From a virus (taxonomy: Duplodnaviria > Heunggongvirae > Uroviricota > Caudoviricetes): DNA of 64,000 bases. The stretch's first letter is position 1, and each line of letters starts with the position of its first letter. Where the stretch lies: positions 1-64,000 of IMG/VR virus record IMGVR_UViG_3300037487_000968, one strand, 5' to 3'. The notes beneath the pieces are model-generated. The model was not told the origin of the DNA. It worked only from the letters and a program-made list of their open reading frames with translations, and did no database searches. Positions 33,358-43,864 of the stretch are shown here, piece by piece. The translations under genes and the position numbers were made by a program.

Positions 33358-36015
33358 ATGGCAAAAGATTTCATGGCACCGCCATCTGATAAACATACCT
33401 ATACAGTTAATGGTCAGATAGTAGATAAAGCAACATACGATAAAAGTAAGGCAGCATTTGATCAAAGCTTTGCCGCAGCAAGTGGATCAACAACTACACC
33501 ACCTGATGTAATAACTACAGGTTCTGCACCGGTAATTAATAAAATAACTTCTGCACCGACAGCACCTGTAATTACCAAAGGTTCGGATACACCTGTTGAA
33601 AAGACAACATTCAATGCAGCAAAAGATTCCCAATCTGCATATGCGAATAATGGTACACCACCAGAACAAACAATATTAGAATTTTCGCCAAATATATTAG
33701 ACAACTATGATGTATATACATATCATTGGAAGTTATTTATTGTACCGTTGACCGCGTCAGCAAGCGGTAAGGTTCTTGATACCAATTTTCAAACAATTAT
33801 TGCAGAAAGTGGCGTGACAGATCTAACAATAGATAAGGTAGAGGTGCAGAGCATTGCTGGCCCCACAGTAGAGACTGGTACAGGCACCGCTACAAAGTTT
33901 AAATTTGAGATAGTAGAACCTTCGGGGGCAGGTCTTATAGATAAAATGTTCTATGAATCTATTGCATTAGGCATAGGTAATTGGATGGTTACTCCTTACT
34001 TTTTACAATTAGAATTTAGAGGTCGTGATCCTGCCACAGAAGATTCAATTATAAACGGCGCACCCAACGGGCTTGGTTCGCTAAGATGGGTATGGCCGAT
34101 AAAACTAACATCTTCTAAAATTAACGTAACGCAAGTAGGGACACGGTATGAATTTGATGCAATATTGTATGATGAATTACCGCAGACTAATTCATATTTT
34201 TCAATTCAGCATAATGTAGTTTTAAAGAAATTACAGACCTTCGGCGATGCCATGGTGGATTTAGAAAATAAATTAAATGCTGATTGCTATGAAAAATTAA
34301 TAGATAATTATAGCATACCTGATTCGTATAAAATTATAGTAGATCCTAAACTAGCAAAAATAAACCTTGTAAACCCAGACCATAATAAAAATACCGCTCG
34401 TGCATCTGATTATGTAGATTTTTCTAAGAAGGCCGCATCTTTCAATACAGGCACTTCTGTTGATAAAATTATTGATTCTTTATTAGGCAGTACATCAGCA
34501 TTTCAGAAAAAAGTCCAAGATTCTGCCACCCCTTCTTCTGAACCGCGGCCGTCAAACCAAGAAACAGACCAAATGAAGAAGCTTTGGAGAGTAGTTACTG
34601 AAGCAAGGCCTATTGCTTTCGATTCATTAAGACAAGATAATGCTGTAGCAACAACAATCTACGTAGTTGAATACGATATTGGCATATTAGATGCAACACC
34701 GGCACAGACAGGGCAAACACCCGAGACTATACCCTCGGCCCGGAAAAGATATGAAGAGTATGGTAAAAAGAGAATATTAAATAAAAAGTATAATTATATA
34801 TTCACTGGATTAAATGATCAAATAATTGCACTAGATCTTGATATGAAGTATTCTTTTGCTGCCGCTACTGCTAGATTTGGTGGTATATATGTTGATAGTG
34901 CCGGCAGTACCAAAGGTGTCTCTCAACAAAATCATCAAGAAGAAGAGCAGAAGGCTGGCGAGATTGTTAGAAAGGCTCTTCGATTTATTAACGACGCAGA
35001 ACCCGGGACAAATGTTGATGCAAAAGTTGCCGAAGCTAAAAAATCGATTGCCGCCACAAAAGTAGATCCTGTTGTATCTGCTAGATATGTGGCTCTCTTA
35101 GAAGGAGCTAAACCTGCTAATAAACAAGCATTTGTTAAAGATGCACAGACCAAAGGCGGCATAGATGCATCTGGTAATACAAGCCCATTAAATCAAGCTG
35201 CAAGTCAAGCAACATCATTAGCGACCTCTAACAACGGGTTAACATTTATTTCTGATGTAGATGCAGGCTCTCAGGCTGCGAAAAATGTTAAAGCAACTGC
35301 TGATGCTTCACGTAAAGGTAAATTAAGACCTATACCGTACAGAGAAGCAACACAAGAGGGTAATTTTACTGGTGTAGACCCGGCAAGCGATGCCGGTAGG
35401 GCAAGAACATCAAGTTTATTTGCAACTGCTTTATATTCGGGCTTAGATGGCAGTTTACAAAGCCTTAAATTAACCATTAAGGGTGATCCGTTTTGGCTAT
35501 TTCCTAGAAATATTAATACAGATGCTAAATCGTTACCTTATAAAGCTAATATGTCGGCAAGTGCTGCCATAGAAGAAATAAAATCAACGCATAAGAAGAA
35601 CACTGGTTCTGTAAATATATATGGTACAGATAATTTTATTGTTGTTCGCTTTAGAACCCCTAGAATGTTTAATGATGTTACAGGTTCTATTGATCCTTTT
35701 ACAGAGGTAGAGTCGTTTAGTGGTGTATATAAAGTTGTGCGAATTATAAATAAATTTGATACGGGAAAATTTACCCAAGATCTTGAATGTATATTAGATC
35801 CTGTAATTAATCTTACCGATTTTCTAACATCAATAGAAAATGCAAATAAAATTGCAGACCCGATGATAACATCTTTATATAGTGATGTTCCACCAACAGC
35901 TATAAAAACACAAAAAATAACAGGTGGCACAATACCGCCCAAGGGCGAAGTAAATACCGTACGCAATACTGCAGGTAATGTAGTGAATACACCAGCAGGT
36001 CCCGGTAAATCGTAA
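33358..36015 (+). CDS. Baseplate hub protein (gp27-like)
   Basis: 885 aa with LTIKGDPFWL and FSGVYKVVRIINKFDTGKFTQDL; sits between gp53-like and gp5-like genes. Confidence 0.65.
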   Translation: MAKDFMAPPSDKHTYTVNGQIVDKATYDKSKAAFDQSFAAASGSTTTPPDVITTGSAPVINKITSAPTAPVITKGSDTPVEKTTFNAAKDSQSAYANNGTPPEQTILEFSPNILDNYDVYTYHWKLFIVPLTASASGKVLDTNFQTIIAESGVTDLTIDKVEVQSIAGPTVETGTGTATKFKFEIVEPSGAGLIDKMFYESIALGIGNWMVTPYFLQLEFRGRDPATEDSIINGAPNGLGSLRWVWPIKLTSSKINVTQVGTRYEFDAILYDELPQTNSYFSIQHNVVLKKLQTFGDAMVDLENKLNADCYEKLIDNYSIPDSYKIIVDPKLAKINLVNPDHNKNTARASDYVDFSKKAASFNTGTSVDKIIDSLLGSTSAFQKKVQDSATPSSEPRPSNQETDQMKKLWRVVTEARPIAFDSLRQDNAVATTIYVVEYDIGILDATPAQTGQTPETIPSARKRYEEYGKKRILNKKYNYIFTGLNDQIIALDLDMKYSFAAATARFGGIYVDSAGSTKGVSQQNHQEEEQKAGEIVRKALRFINDAEPGTNVDAKVAEAKKSIAATKVDPVVSARYVALLEGAKPANKQAFVKDAQTKGGIDASGNTSPLNQAASQATSLATSNNGLTFISDVDAGSQAAKNVKATADASRKGKLRPIPYREATQEGNFTGVDPASDAGRARTSSLFATALYSGLDGSLQSLKLTIKGDPFWLFPRNINTDAKSLPYKANMSASAAIEEIKSTHKKNTGSVNIYGTDNFIVVRFRTPRMFNDVTGSIDPFTEVESFSGVYKVVRIINKFDTGKFTQDLECILDPVINLTDFLTSIENANKIADPMITSLYSDVPPTAIKTQKITGGTIPPKGEVNTVRNTAGNVVNTPAGPGKS

Positions 36016-36032
36016 CATATTAATAGGCACAA

Positions 36033-38597
36033 ATGGGATATATAGATACATCAACAAGAACAACTAAACCTACATCCAATGACAACTTTCAACCGGCTGG
36101 TAGATCGACTGCATTATTTGGAGTATTCTTAGGTTTCATAAAAGACGCCACTGATGTACAAAAAAACGGTAGACTGCGCGTCTGGATTCCGGAATTAGGT
36201 TCTGCGCCAGATAATGAAGACGGTTGGATTATTGTTAATTATTGTTCTCCGTTTGCAGGCGCCACAAACGTCGACACCATAAGCCAAACAGATACTCATT
36301 CCTTTGATAAAACGCAAACATCTTACGGTATGTGGATGATACCGCCCGATATTAATAACGAAGTATTAATAATGTTTATTAACGGAGATCCTTCAAGGGG
36401 AATATGGATCGGATGCTTATATAATCAGTTTATGAATAATATGATTCCGGGTATGGCAGCCGATTCTAAGAATTGGGAATATCCTGGAAAAACTATCCCT
36501 GTTGCAGAATACAATAAGTGGGATGAAATAGATAAGCCGGACCAGGCAAGTAAACCTTATGAAAAGACAAAATTTAAGGGTGTTGGAAATCAAGGACTTA
36601 TCACTGATAAAGGCCGCGGAATAACAACCTCTAGCGCCAGAAGAGAAGCACCTAGTAGGGTATTTGGTATTATTACGCCCGGACCACTTATTGACAGTAA
36701 CGTAACATCAGATAAATTCAGAAGAAAGGGTGGTTCATCTTTTATTATGGATGACGGCGATGGTACAGAATATGTTCAGTTAGTCACAAAGACAGGTGCT
36801 CAAATTAGGTTAGATGAAACAAATGGATTTGTATATCTAATTAATAGAGACGGAACAGCATGGGTTCAAATGGACCAGAAAGGTAATATTGATATTTTTA
36901 GTGCCATCGATATTTCTCTGCGCGGTCAGCGTGATGTTAATATTCGTGCAGATAGAAATGTAAATATCGAAGCTGGTCAAAACATTTATATGAAGGCAGC
37001 AAAAGACACCATACAAGAAACAACTGTCTTTACGTATGATGTAAATAATGTCCCTAAAACAAAAACTATACCTGTATGGAACTATAAAGGCGAGGGTGCA
37101 GGTCAGGGTGGTAACATTGTTATGCAGGCATTAAATAACTGGCATAGTACCACACAGAAAAGCGCATTTTTAACAGTTATTGAAAATAATATGGATGTAG
37201 ATATAGGTAATACATTTAACCTTGCTACACAAAGGGGCTGCCAGAATTATAACTCAAAATTAGGCATTAAGATGACAACAGATGCTGCATTTGATTTAGC
37301 TGCTACGGGTAATATACGAGCAGGATCTAATGGTACTATATCTGTTGTAGGTATTGGCGGTATAGTAATGTGTACCAATGCCGATCTTAGTTTAAATGCC
37401 ACCGGTAATATCATAGAAACTGCCGCCGGAACATATTCTTTAGATGCTGTATCTGTTGGAATAGGCACTAGTGTAAGCATTGACGGAAACTTAGATGTAA
37501 CCGGTAATATAACCGGCGGAACAATCGTAGGTAATTTTCCGGGATTGCGTGGCGGACCTGGCGCAACAACCGGGGGGCCTGGTGCTGCACCATCAATAAA
37601 TTCTCCCCTTGTTGCAGAAAAAGCACTTGCGGCAGCAATAGCTGTACCAGCAGAAGTCAAACAACTTGTTGAGAAAATTAATATTCTGGCAACATGGTTA
37701 CCAACTGTAACATACCCTAAATGGCAACAAAATATAGCATATAAATCCGGTGATCTTGTTACTAATAACAACATCATTTATATTTGCGATGCGGCAGGTG
37801 CACCAGCTTCGGCAACATTTGATGCATCAAAATGGACAATATTAATACCAGAAGACAAATTCAAGAGAAAATCAGAATCTTTAGAAACCACAGTGTCAAG
37901 ATTCCCTACGTACGAACCTTGTCCAGAGCACGAAACATTTAGCTTTGGTTCTATTTCGGGATATACACCTAAACAAACAGAAGGTGCTAAAACCTATCAA
38001 GGTTCGGGTGCTGCAGGTAGTACCACTACAAGTTCACCTGCACCTAATACTAATCCAGGTGCTAATAATAAAGATATTCCGCCTACACCGGCAGATGAAA
38101 GTGCAACTACCAAAGACTTTAATATGCAGGCATATGAATGCCAGTTAAAAATAAACGAAGGTGTTAAATATGTTTCGTACAAGGATAGTAGAGGCCTGCC
38201 GACTGGTGGCATAGGTCACTTATTAAGAACAAACGAAATTTCTCAATTCCCTGTACCGACGCCGATATCTGCAGAGCAGGTAACTGCTTGGTTCCAAGCA
38301 GACGCGCCAATCTCTATATCGGGTGCTCAAAGATTATTAGGCATGGATTGTTGGGGTAATCTAACAGATATTAGAAAACGTGCGTGTGCAGATTTAGTTT
38401 ATAATATGGGCGAAGGCGGCCTGTCTAAATTTAAGAACTTCTTAACAGCAATGAAGGCAGGTGATTACAATGCTGCAGGTGCAGCATTAAGGGATTCTGC
38501 ATGGTTCGGGCAGGTCGGACAACGTGGTCCCAGAATTATAACGATGATTGTACAAAATGTCGATCCTAATGGATGCGATAAAAAATTCCAAGGATAA
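36033..38597 (+). CDS. Baseplate central spike (gp5-like) with C-terminal T4-type (GH24) lysozyme
   Basis: N-terminal OB fold (GRLRVWIPELG, YGMWMIPPD), beta-helix repeats, a CBM-like WQQNIAYKSGDLV segment, and C-terminal EGVKYVSYKDSRGLPTGGIGH…YNMG…SAWFGQVGQRG. Confidence 0.85.
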   Translation: MGYIDTSTRTTKPTSNDNFQPAGRSTALFGVFLGFIKDATDVQKNGRLRVWIPELGSAPDNEDGWIIVNYCSPFAGATNVDTISQTDTHSFDKTQTSYGMWMIPPDINNEVLIMFINGDPSRGIWIGCLYNQFMNNMIPGMAADSKNWEYPGKTIPVAEYNKWDEIDKPDQASKPYEKTKFKGVGNQGLITDKGRGITTSSARREAPSRVFGIITPGPLIDSNVTSDKFRRKGGSSFIMDDGDGTEYVQLVTKTGAQIRLDETNGFVYLINRDGTAWVQMDQKGNIDIFSAIDISLRGQRDVNIRADRNVNIEAGQNIYMKAAKDTIQETTVFTYDVNNVPKTKTIPVWNYKGEGAGQGGNIVMQALNNWHSTTQKSAFLTVIENNMDVDIGNTFNLATQRGCQNYNSKLGIKMTTDAAFDLAATGNIRAGSNGTISVVGIGGIVMCTNADLSLNATGNIIETAAGTYSLDAVSVGIGTSVSIDGNLDVTGNITGGTIVGNFPGLRGGPGATTGGPGAAPSINSPLVAEKALAAAIAVPAEVKQLVEKINILATWLPTVTYPKWQQNIAYKSGDLVTNNNIIYICDAAGAPASATFDASKWTILIPEDKFKRKSESLETTVSRFPTYEPCPEHETFSFGSISGYTPKQTEGAKTYQGSGAAGSTTTSSPAPNTNPGANNKDIPPTPADESATTKDFNMQAYECQLKINEGVKYVSYKDSRGLPTGGIGHLLRTNEISQFPVPTPISAEQVTAWFQADAPISISGAQRLLGMDCWGNLTDIRKRACADLVYNMGEGGLSKFKNFLTAMKAGDYNAAGAALRDSAWFGQVGQRGPRIITMIVQNVDPNGCDKKFQG

Positions 38598-38600
38598 TAT

Positions 38601-39377
38601 ATGGCATGTAATGCACCAACAATAGTAGTAGGCGGTGAGACGATATCTACCAGTGACTTTGAAAATGCAAAAGAATTGCTATCTGTCAGTGGTGACGGTG
38701 GCGACCCTACTGCCGATGGATATGACGAAAATATAGCTGGTGGTAATAATACCACAGGAACAACAGGAGTACAAGTAGGCAATATGCCAACACAAACATC
38801 TTTACCCACACCTAGCCCTATACCCGGTACAGCATCAAATAATGTGCCTCCTCCGGGTGGCGACGGGACACCCGTGACCGGTTCCTTATGGAGCGGCGAC
38901 TATGATGCACAGTTAAGTCCAAATTTCAAGGTAAGTGCTTTCACTACTAAAGCACTATTCCCGAATCAACTTACTAACTTCGATACAAATTATACTACAG
39001 ATAAGAGATTTACCAATTTAAAGGCTTTGGCAGTTAATGTTGCCGAACCATTGCTTGCTAAATTTGGCGCGTTTAGAATTAATTCAGGTATTAGAAATGC
39101 AAATTCTACATCATCGGGTATTAGCCAACATGTGCAAGGTGCAGCAATGGATATACAGTTTTCTGGGTGGAATTATCAGAAATACTGGGATAATGCAGCA
39201 TGGGTTAAGGATAATATCCCGTATGATCAGTTCATATATGAGCATAGCGATTCAACGGGATTAGTATGGTATCATCTGAGTTTTAATAATGCAGGAAACA
39301 GGGCAGCATCACTACCAACTAAAGTCATGACAATGTATAGAAATCATTACGATCCAGGCCTACAAAAACACGGATAA
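38601..39377 (+). CDS. Peptidase M15-family (peptidoglycan peptidase)
   Basis: QLSPNF, INSGIR, SQHVQGAAMDI, YDQFIYE, WYHLSF zinc-binding motifs. Confidence 0.85.
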   Translation: MACNAPTIVVGGETISTSDFENAKELLSVSGDGGDPTADGYDENIAGGNNTTGTTGVQVGNMPTQTSLPTPSPIPGTASNNVPPPGGDGTPVTGSLWSGDYDAQLSPNFKVSAFTTKALFPNQLTNFDTNYTTDKRFTNLKALAVNVAEPLLAKFGAFRINSGIRNANSTSSGISQHVQGAAMDIQFSGWNYQKYWDNAAWVKDNIPYDQFIYEHSDSTGLVWYHLSFNNAGNRAASLPTKVMTMYRNHYDPGLQKHG

Positions 39378-39396
39378 TACTCTCTATAAAAACTCT

Positions 39397-39436
39397 ATAT
39401 AATTTTCTGGATAAATAACAGAAAGAGAATTATATG
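39397..39436 (+). promoter_or_regulatory. Late box GATAAATA (39410-39417) in the loop of a hairpin covering the gp25 translation start
   Basis: ATATAAT-TTTCTG / loop GATAAATAA / CAGAAA-(GAGA bulge)-ATTATAT; the stem includes the A and T of the ATG at 39434. Confidence 0.55.
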
Positions 39437-39853
39437 GCATCAAATCAACGCGGCTTAGTACAAAAGAATGTAATCACAAGGAAGCCCTATTTTGTTGGAT
39501 TCAACACAATAGGTCAGCCTAATCCGCCCTATTCATTAAATAATATTGAACTTGTAAAAAGAGACATATTAAATCAGTTTGCTACACCAATGGGTTCTAG
39601 AGTAATGCTCCCGGGCTTTGGAACAAACATTTATAGTTATTTGTTTGATCCGTTTGATGAATATACAAAAAATGCAATTATTGAGGACGCTGTAAGAGTT
39701 GTACAGGATGATCCTCGTGTTAAGTTTGTGTCTATCGACGTTTATCAGAAAGATCAAGCATTAACGGTTGCACTAGTATTATTATTTGTTCCAGAATCTA
39801 TAACAGATAGTTTGTTTGTTTCGTTCTCGCTCACCGATAAGGAATCGTTCTAA
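39434..39853 (+). CDS. gp25: Baseplate wedge subunit (T4 gp25-like)
   Basis: LVKRDILNQFATPMGSRVMLPGFGTNIYSYLFDP…DPRV. Confidence 0.9.
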   Translation: MASNQRGLVQKNVITRKPYFVGFNTIGQPNPPYSLNNIELVKRDILNQFATPMGSRVMLPGFGTNIYSYLFDPFDEYTKNAIIEDAVRVVQDDPRVKFVSIDVYQKDQALTVALVLLFVPESITDSLFVSFSLTDKESF

Positions 39854-42800
39854 TGTCAGAAAGTATTCGTCAATCAAACTTGTTCGCTGCAGAGGACTAT
39901 AAGAAGATCTTTAAGGCATATGCCTTCATAGATTATACTGCCTATGACTTCGACTCATTGAAACAAGCATTAATCAATTATATACAAACTTATTATCCGG
40001 AAGACTTCAACGATTATATTGAAAGTTCTGAGTTTATTGCTATTATCGAGTTGCTCGCTTATTTTGGTACAAGCCTAGCATTTAGAACTGATTTAAATAG
40101 TCGTGAAAACTTTATAGATACAGCTGAGCGTAGAGAAAGTATTATTCGTCTAGCGCAGATGGTTAACTATGTTCCTCGTAGAAACATAGCAGCTAATGGC
40201 TTATTTAAGATTACAGCAGTTCAGACAGATCAACCGTTAACCGATGCAAACGGGGTTAATATCGGTGACCATTCTGTCTACTGGAATGATCCTAATAATC
40301 CTGATTGGTTTGATCAATTCGTACAAATATGTAATGCATCATTCAGCACATTAAACCCGTTTGGTCGTCCTACAAAGAGCGGGACAATTGGCAGTATTCC
40401 TATCGATTTATACCAGCTTAATAGTATTTTAAGGTTGAATGTTACATATCCTGCATCTATTACTATTAATGGACAACAATACCCGATTGATATTTGTAAT
40501 CCAGATTTTGTTACAAATCAGACAATATTTGAAAGAGATCCTGATCCCGCTAATGCATTTAATTTCATTTATAGAAATGATAGCTTAGGTATGGCGTCAG
40601 CCAACACAGGTTTCTTCTTATATTTCAAACAAGGTAATCTAATCAATACAGACACTAATTTTGATTTTCCTGTACCAAATAGATTATTTCCAATTGATAT
40701 TCAAAATATCAATCAGGACGATGTCTATGTGCAAGAAACAGATCAGTCAGGCACTGTTATAAACAAATGGATTAAGGTGCCTGCATTATCGGGCGAGAAT
40801 ATTATTTATAATAGTATTCAGTTTGCACAAAGAAATATTTTTGATGTTTTAAGCGGTGCCAACGATACAGTAACTATCAGATTTGCCGATGGTAATTTTG
40901 GTAATGTCCCTACAGGCTTATTTAGATTTTGGACTCGTATTAGTGCAAATCAAGCTCTTGTAATTAGACCAAACGATGTACAGGGCTTACAAATCAGTAT
41001 ACCGTACGTTGGTGTAGATCAGCAATCGTACACTCTTAATATTACATTCAGTCTAGAACAAACAATAGGTAATGCTGCCGCAGCCGAAACTAACGATCAA
41101 ATAAAACTGCGTGCTCCGGAGGTGTTCTCTACACAATCGCGCATGGTTAACGGAAGTGACTATAATGTTTTACCATTGATATATGGTAATCAAATCACTA
41201 AGATACAGGCGTTAGATAGAACATATAGCGGTCAAAGTCGTTATATTGATTTAAACGATCCCACAGGTTTTCACCGAGACTTAATCATCTTCGGCCAGGA
41301 TGGTGCATTATTTAGAGATAATCAAAATATATTGTCTCAAGTTGTTAATGATTCTTCTAATTCGGCTACTATAGAGGTAATTCTTGTGAACACTATACAA
41401 ACAATGTTGCAAGATCCTAAGGTTAATAACTTCTTCTATGACGAATATCTACCTCAATTTGAGTCTAAGATTAGGGTTAATCCATCAACTTTATCCCCAA
41501 CAGGTAGATCATTATTAGATCTAGTTCCTACAACAGATGTATTTGGCACACTTAATCCGGCTATAGACCCTTCATCGCCGTTATACTGGAAGACAAGTCC
41601 TGTAAAATTTAAAAATACCACAGGGTATTTTTCTAACGACCCTTCATCTACAACACCTTTAGAATTAATAAATAGTCTTACAGCAGATAACATAGATGGT
41701 GAACAATACGAACCATGGACATTTATAAACAATGGGGCTGTGATACAATTTGCTAATCCGGCTACACCTACTACTATAATTGCAACATTAAATTCGGTAG
41801 GCATTAATAGTGTTGTTCAATCCGGTATTCCGCTAGTTATTAGTCTATTAAATCCGTTTGCTAATATAGGACCGGTAGAGTTAAGTGTTGAAGAACAAGC
41901 AAATTACCAAGCTCAAAAAATATACCCTGCGTTTAGAACTACACTAACAACTAGCGAGATAAGTGAAGTTGTTTTAGCAATAGAAGCTGGGCTATCGTTC
42001 TGGTTATATTATGATTTATTAACAAATGAATGGCATACATCTACTGCTTCTACCCCGAGCCTTACTAATCAGATCGATCAACCGTGGGAATATGCTCCTG
42101 CTGATGATATATTAGGCACACCGCAGATTTATTCTACCACGAATTGGCCGTTATCTGCCGCTGGCGGACTATTGTATATTTCTATAGCAAGTAACAGTCA
42201 GACAGGTACAACAACATATGATTTAACAGCAAGAGGTAGAGTATATGTGTTTGAATCTTATAGAGATGTTAGATTCTATTGGGAGCCAAATTTAACCATT
42301 ATTGATAATTCCACTGGCCTTGCATTACAAGATTCTATTGAAATTATGCCTTTTGTTAATACTACTAGTCTTATAGATAACAACGAACCTGTAATACCTA
42401 ATCCACCTGTAGATTCTTACCTTAGAACAAAGGTTAATTTTAATATTACAGGTGTTTACATTCAGGACGATGGATATCTAGATAGTGCTAAAGTTGAGGT
42501 ATCTTTAATAGATGCTAATGGCGATGGTATATCTGATGATCCAGCAGGATTTGATAAAATAGTGGCACCAGAAGACAGAGTTGTCTTTGAGTATTTTACA
42601 AACGAAATAACTGGATACCTGAGTACAAGGCCGTGGGTTGCTAGATGGAAAACTGATTTGCAAAATGAGATAGGAGACCTGTATGTTTATTTTCCTATAG
42701 CAGATCCGGGTGTTGATACGGGGTTATACGGATCCGGCCCATATATAGCAAATGTGCAATTTGATCCTATATCTGAATATAATTATATTTTAGAACCTAG

Positions 42801-43851
42801 CACATATCAAGCATTACATCCTTCCACGTTCTTTTATGTTTATATGGACGAGGTAGACCTATTGTTCATTAATAATTTGTCACAGATAAAATACACAAAC
42901 CCGGCTGGTGCAGACGGACCACCAGCTACTATTGCAAATCAATTGACTGCATTTTTTAATAATACAAATTTAGCAGATTATCCTTGGTTAATAGGTACAG
43001 ATATAATCGTAAATAAATCAAGTATTTTAACAACTTATTTTACAAATAAATCGTATTTGCTTTATACTGTTAGTCCTCCGGGGTTTGGTATCTATTATTC
43101 TTTACAATTTGCATCCACTATTGATACAGATTATGTAACAGGTAGTATTATCGAAAATATTATCGATAAGTATCATTATGATAAGAACGGAAAAGTATTT
43201 ACTCAAAATACAACTATCAATCAAATAGATAGACTACCGTTTTATTTTAAATGGAGTCATTATTCCCCTATTGATCAAAGAGTTGATCCATCGGCAACAA
43301 ATATTATAGATATGATTGTTATCACAGATAGTTATTATAGAGATGTTACTATCTGGAAAAATTCAAATGGAAGTTTATCTACCTTCCCTGCTGCACCTAC
43401 AACAGAAGAATTAAGAATTCAGTTCCAGGGCTTAGATCAGTATAAAATGGTCAGTGATTCAATGGTTTGGAATTCTGGTACATTTAAAATCTTATTCGGT
43501 ACACAGGCTGCGGTCGAATTACAGGCAACTTTTAAGGTGGTTAAAGCAGCATCAACTAGTATAAGTGATAATGAAGTAAAGACTTTAGTTATAACTGCAA
43601 TTGATCAATATTTTGATATTAGAAACTGGGATTTTGGTGAAAAATTCTTCTATACAGAATTGGCAGCATTCATACACCAACAACTTTCTAGAATTATTAG
43701 TTCTGTTGTTATTGTTCCTAGTAATTCTAGTTCGCAGTTTGGTAACCTATTTGAAATTATAGCAAACCCTAACGAATTGTTTATTTCTACCGCAACAGTG
43801 AATAATGTCTCTATAGTAGCAAACCTGACCGAACAGAATCTTCGTGCATAA
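39853..43851 (+). CDS. gp6: Baseplate wedge subunit (T4 gp6-like)
   Basis: YDFDSLKQALINY, ENFIDTAERRESIIRLA, FADGNFG, RMVNGSDY, WDFGEKFFYTEL. Confidence 0.88.
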   Translation: MSESIRQSNLFAAEDYKKIFKAYAFIDYTAYDFDSLKQALINYIQTYYPEDFNDYIESSEFIAIIELLAYFGTSLAFRTDLNSRENFIDTAERRESIIRLAQMVNYVPRRNIAANGLFKITAVQTDQPLTDANGVNIGDHSVYWNDPNNPDWFDQFVQICNASFSTLNPFGRPTKSGTIGSIPIDLYQLNSILRLNVTYPASITINGQQYPIDICNPDFVTNQTIFERDPDPANAFNFIYRNDSLGMASANTGFFLYFKQGNLINTDTNFDFPVPNRLFPIDIQNINQDDVYVQETDQSGTVINKWIKVPALSGENIIYNSIQFAQRNIFDVLSGANDTVTIRFADGNFGNVPTGLFRFWTRISANQALVIRPNDVQGLQISIPYVGVDQQSYTLNITFSLEQTIGNAAAAETNDQIKLRAPEVFSTQSRMVNGSDYNVLPLIYGNQITKIQALDRTYSGQSRYIDLNDPTGFHRDLIIFGQDGALFRDNQNILSQVVNDSSNSATIEVILVNTIQTMLQDPKVNNFFYDEYLPQFESKIRVNPSTLSPTGRSLLDLVPTTDVFGTLNPAIDPSSPLYWKTSPVKFKNTTGYFSNDPSSTTPLELINSLTADNIDGEQYEPWTFINNGAVIQFANPATPTTIIATLNSVGINSVVQSGIPLVISLLNPFANIGPVELSVEEQANYQAQKIYPAFRTTLTTSEISEVVLAIEAGLSFWLYYDLLTNEWHTSTASTPSLTNQIDQPWEYAPADDILGTPQIYSTTNWPLSAAGGLLYISIASNSQTGTTTYDLTARGRVYVFESYRDVRFYWEPNLTIIDNSTGLALQDSIEIMPFVNTTSLIDNNEPVIPNPPVDSYLRTKVNFNITGVYIQDDGYLDSAKVEVSLIDANGDGISDDPAGFDKIVAPEDRVVFEYFTNEITGYLSTRPWVARWKTDLQNEIGDLYVYFPIADPGVDTGLYGSGPYIANVQFDPISEYNYILEPSTYQALHPSTFFYVYMDEVDLLFINNLSQIKYTNPAGADGPPATIANQLTAFFNNTNLADYPWLIGTDIIVNKSSILTTYFTNKSYLLYTVSPPGFGIYYSLQFASTIDTDYVTGSIIENIIDKYHYDKNGKVFTQNTTINQIDRLPFYFKWSHYSPIDQRVDPSATNIIDMIVITDSYYRDVTIWKNSNGSLSTFPAAPTTEELRIQFQGLDQYKMVSDSMVWNSGTFKILFGTQAAVELQATFKVVKAASTSISDNEVKTLVITAIDQYFDIRNWDFGEKFFYTELAAFIHQQLSRIISSVVIVPSNSSSQFGNLFEIIANPNELFISTATVNNVSIVANLTEQNLRA

Positions 43852-43864
43852 AATGGATTTATAA

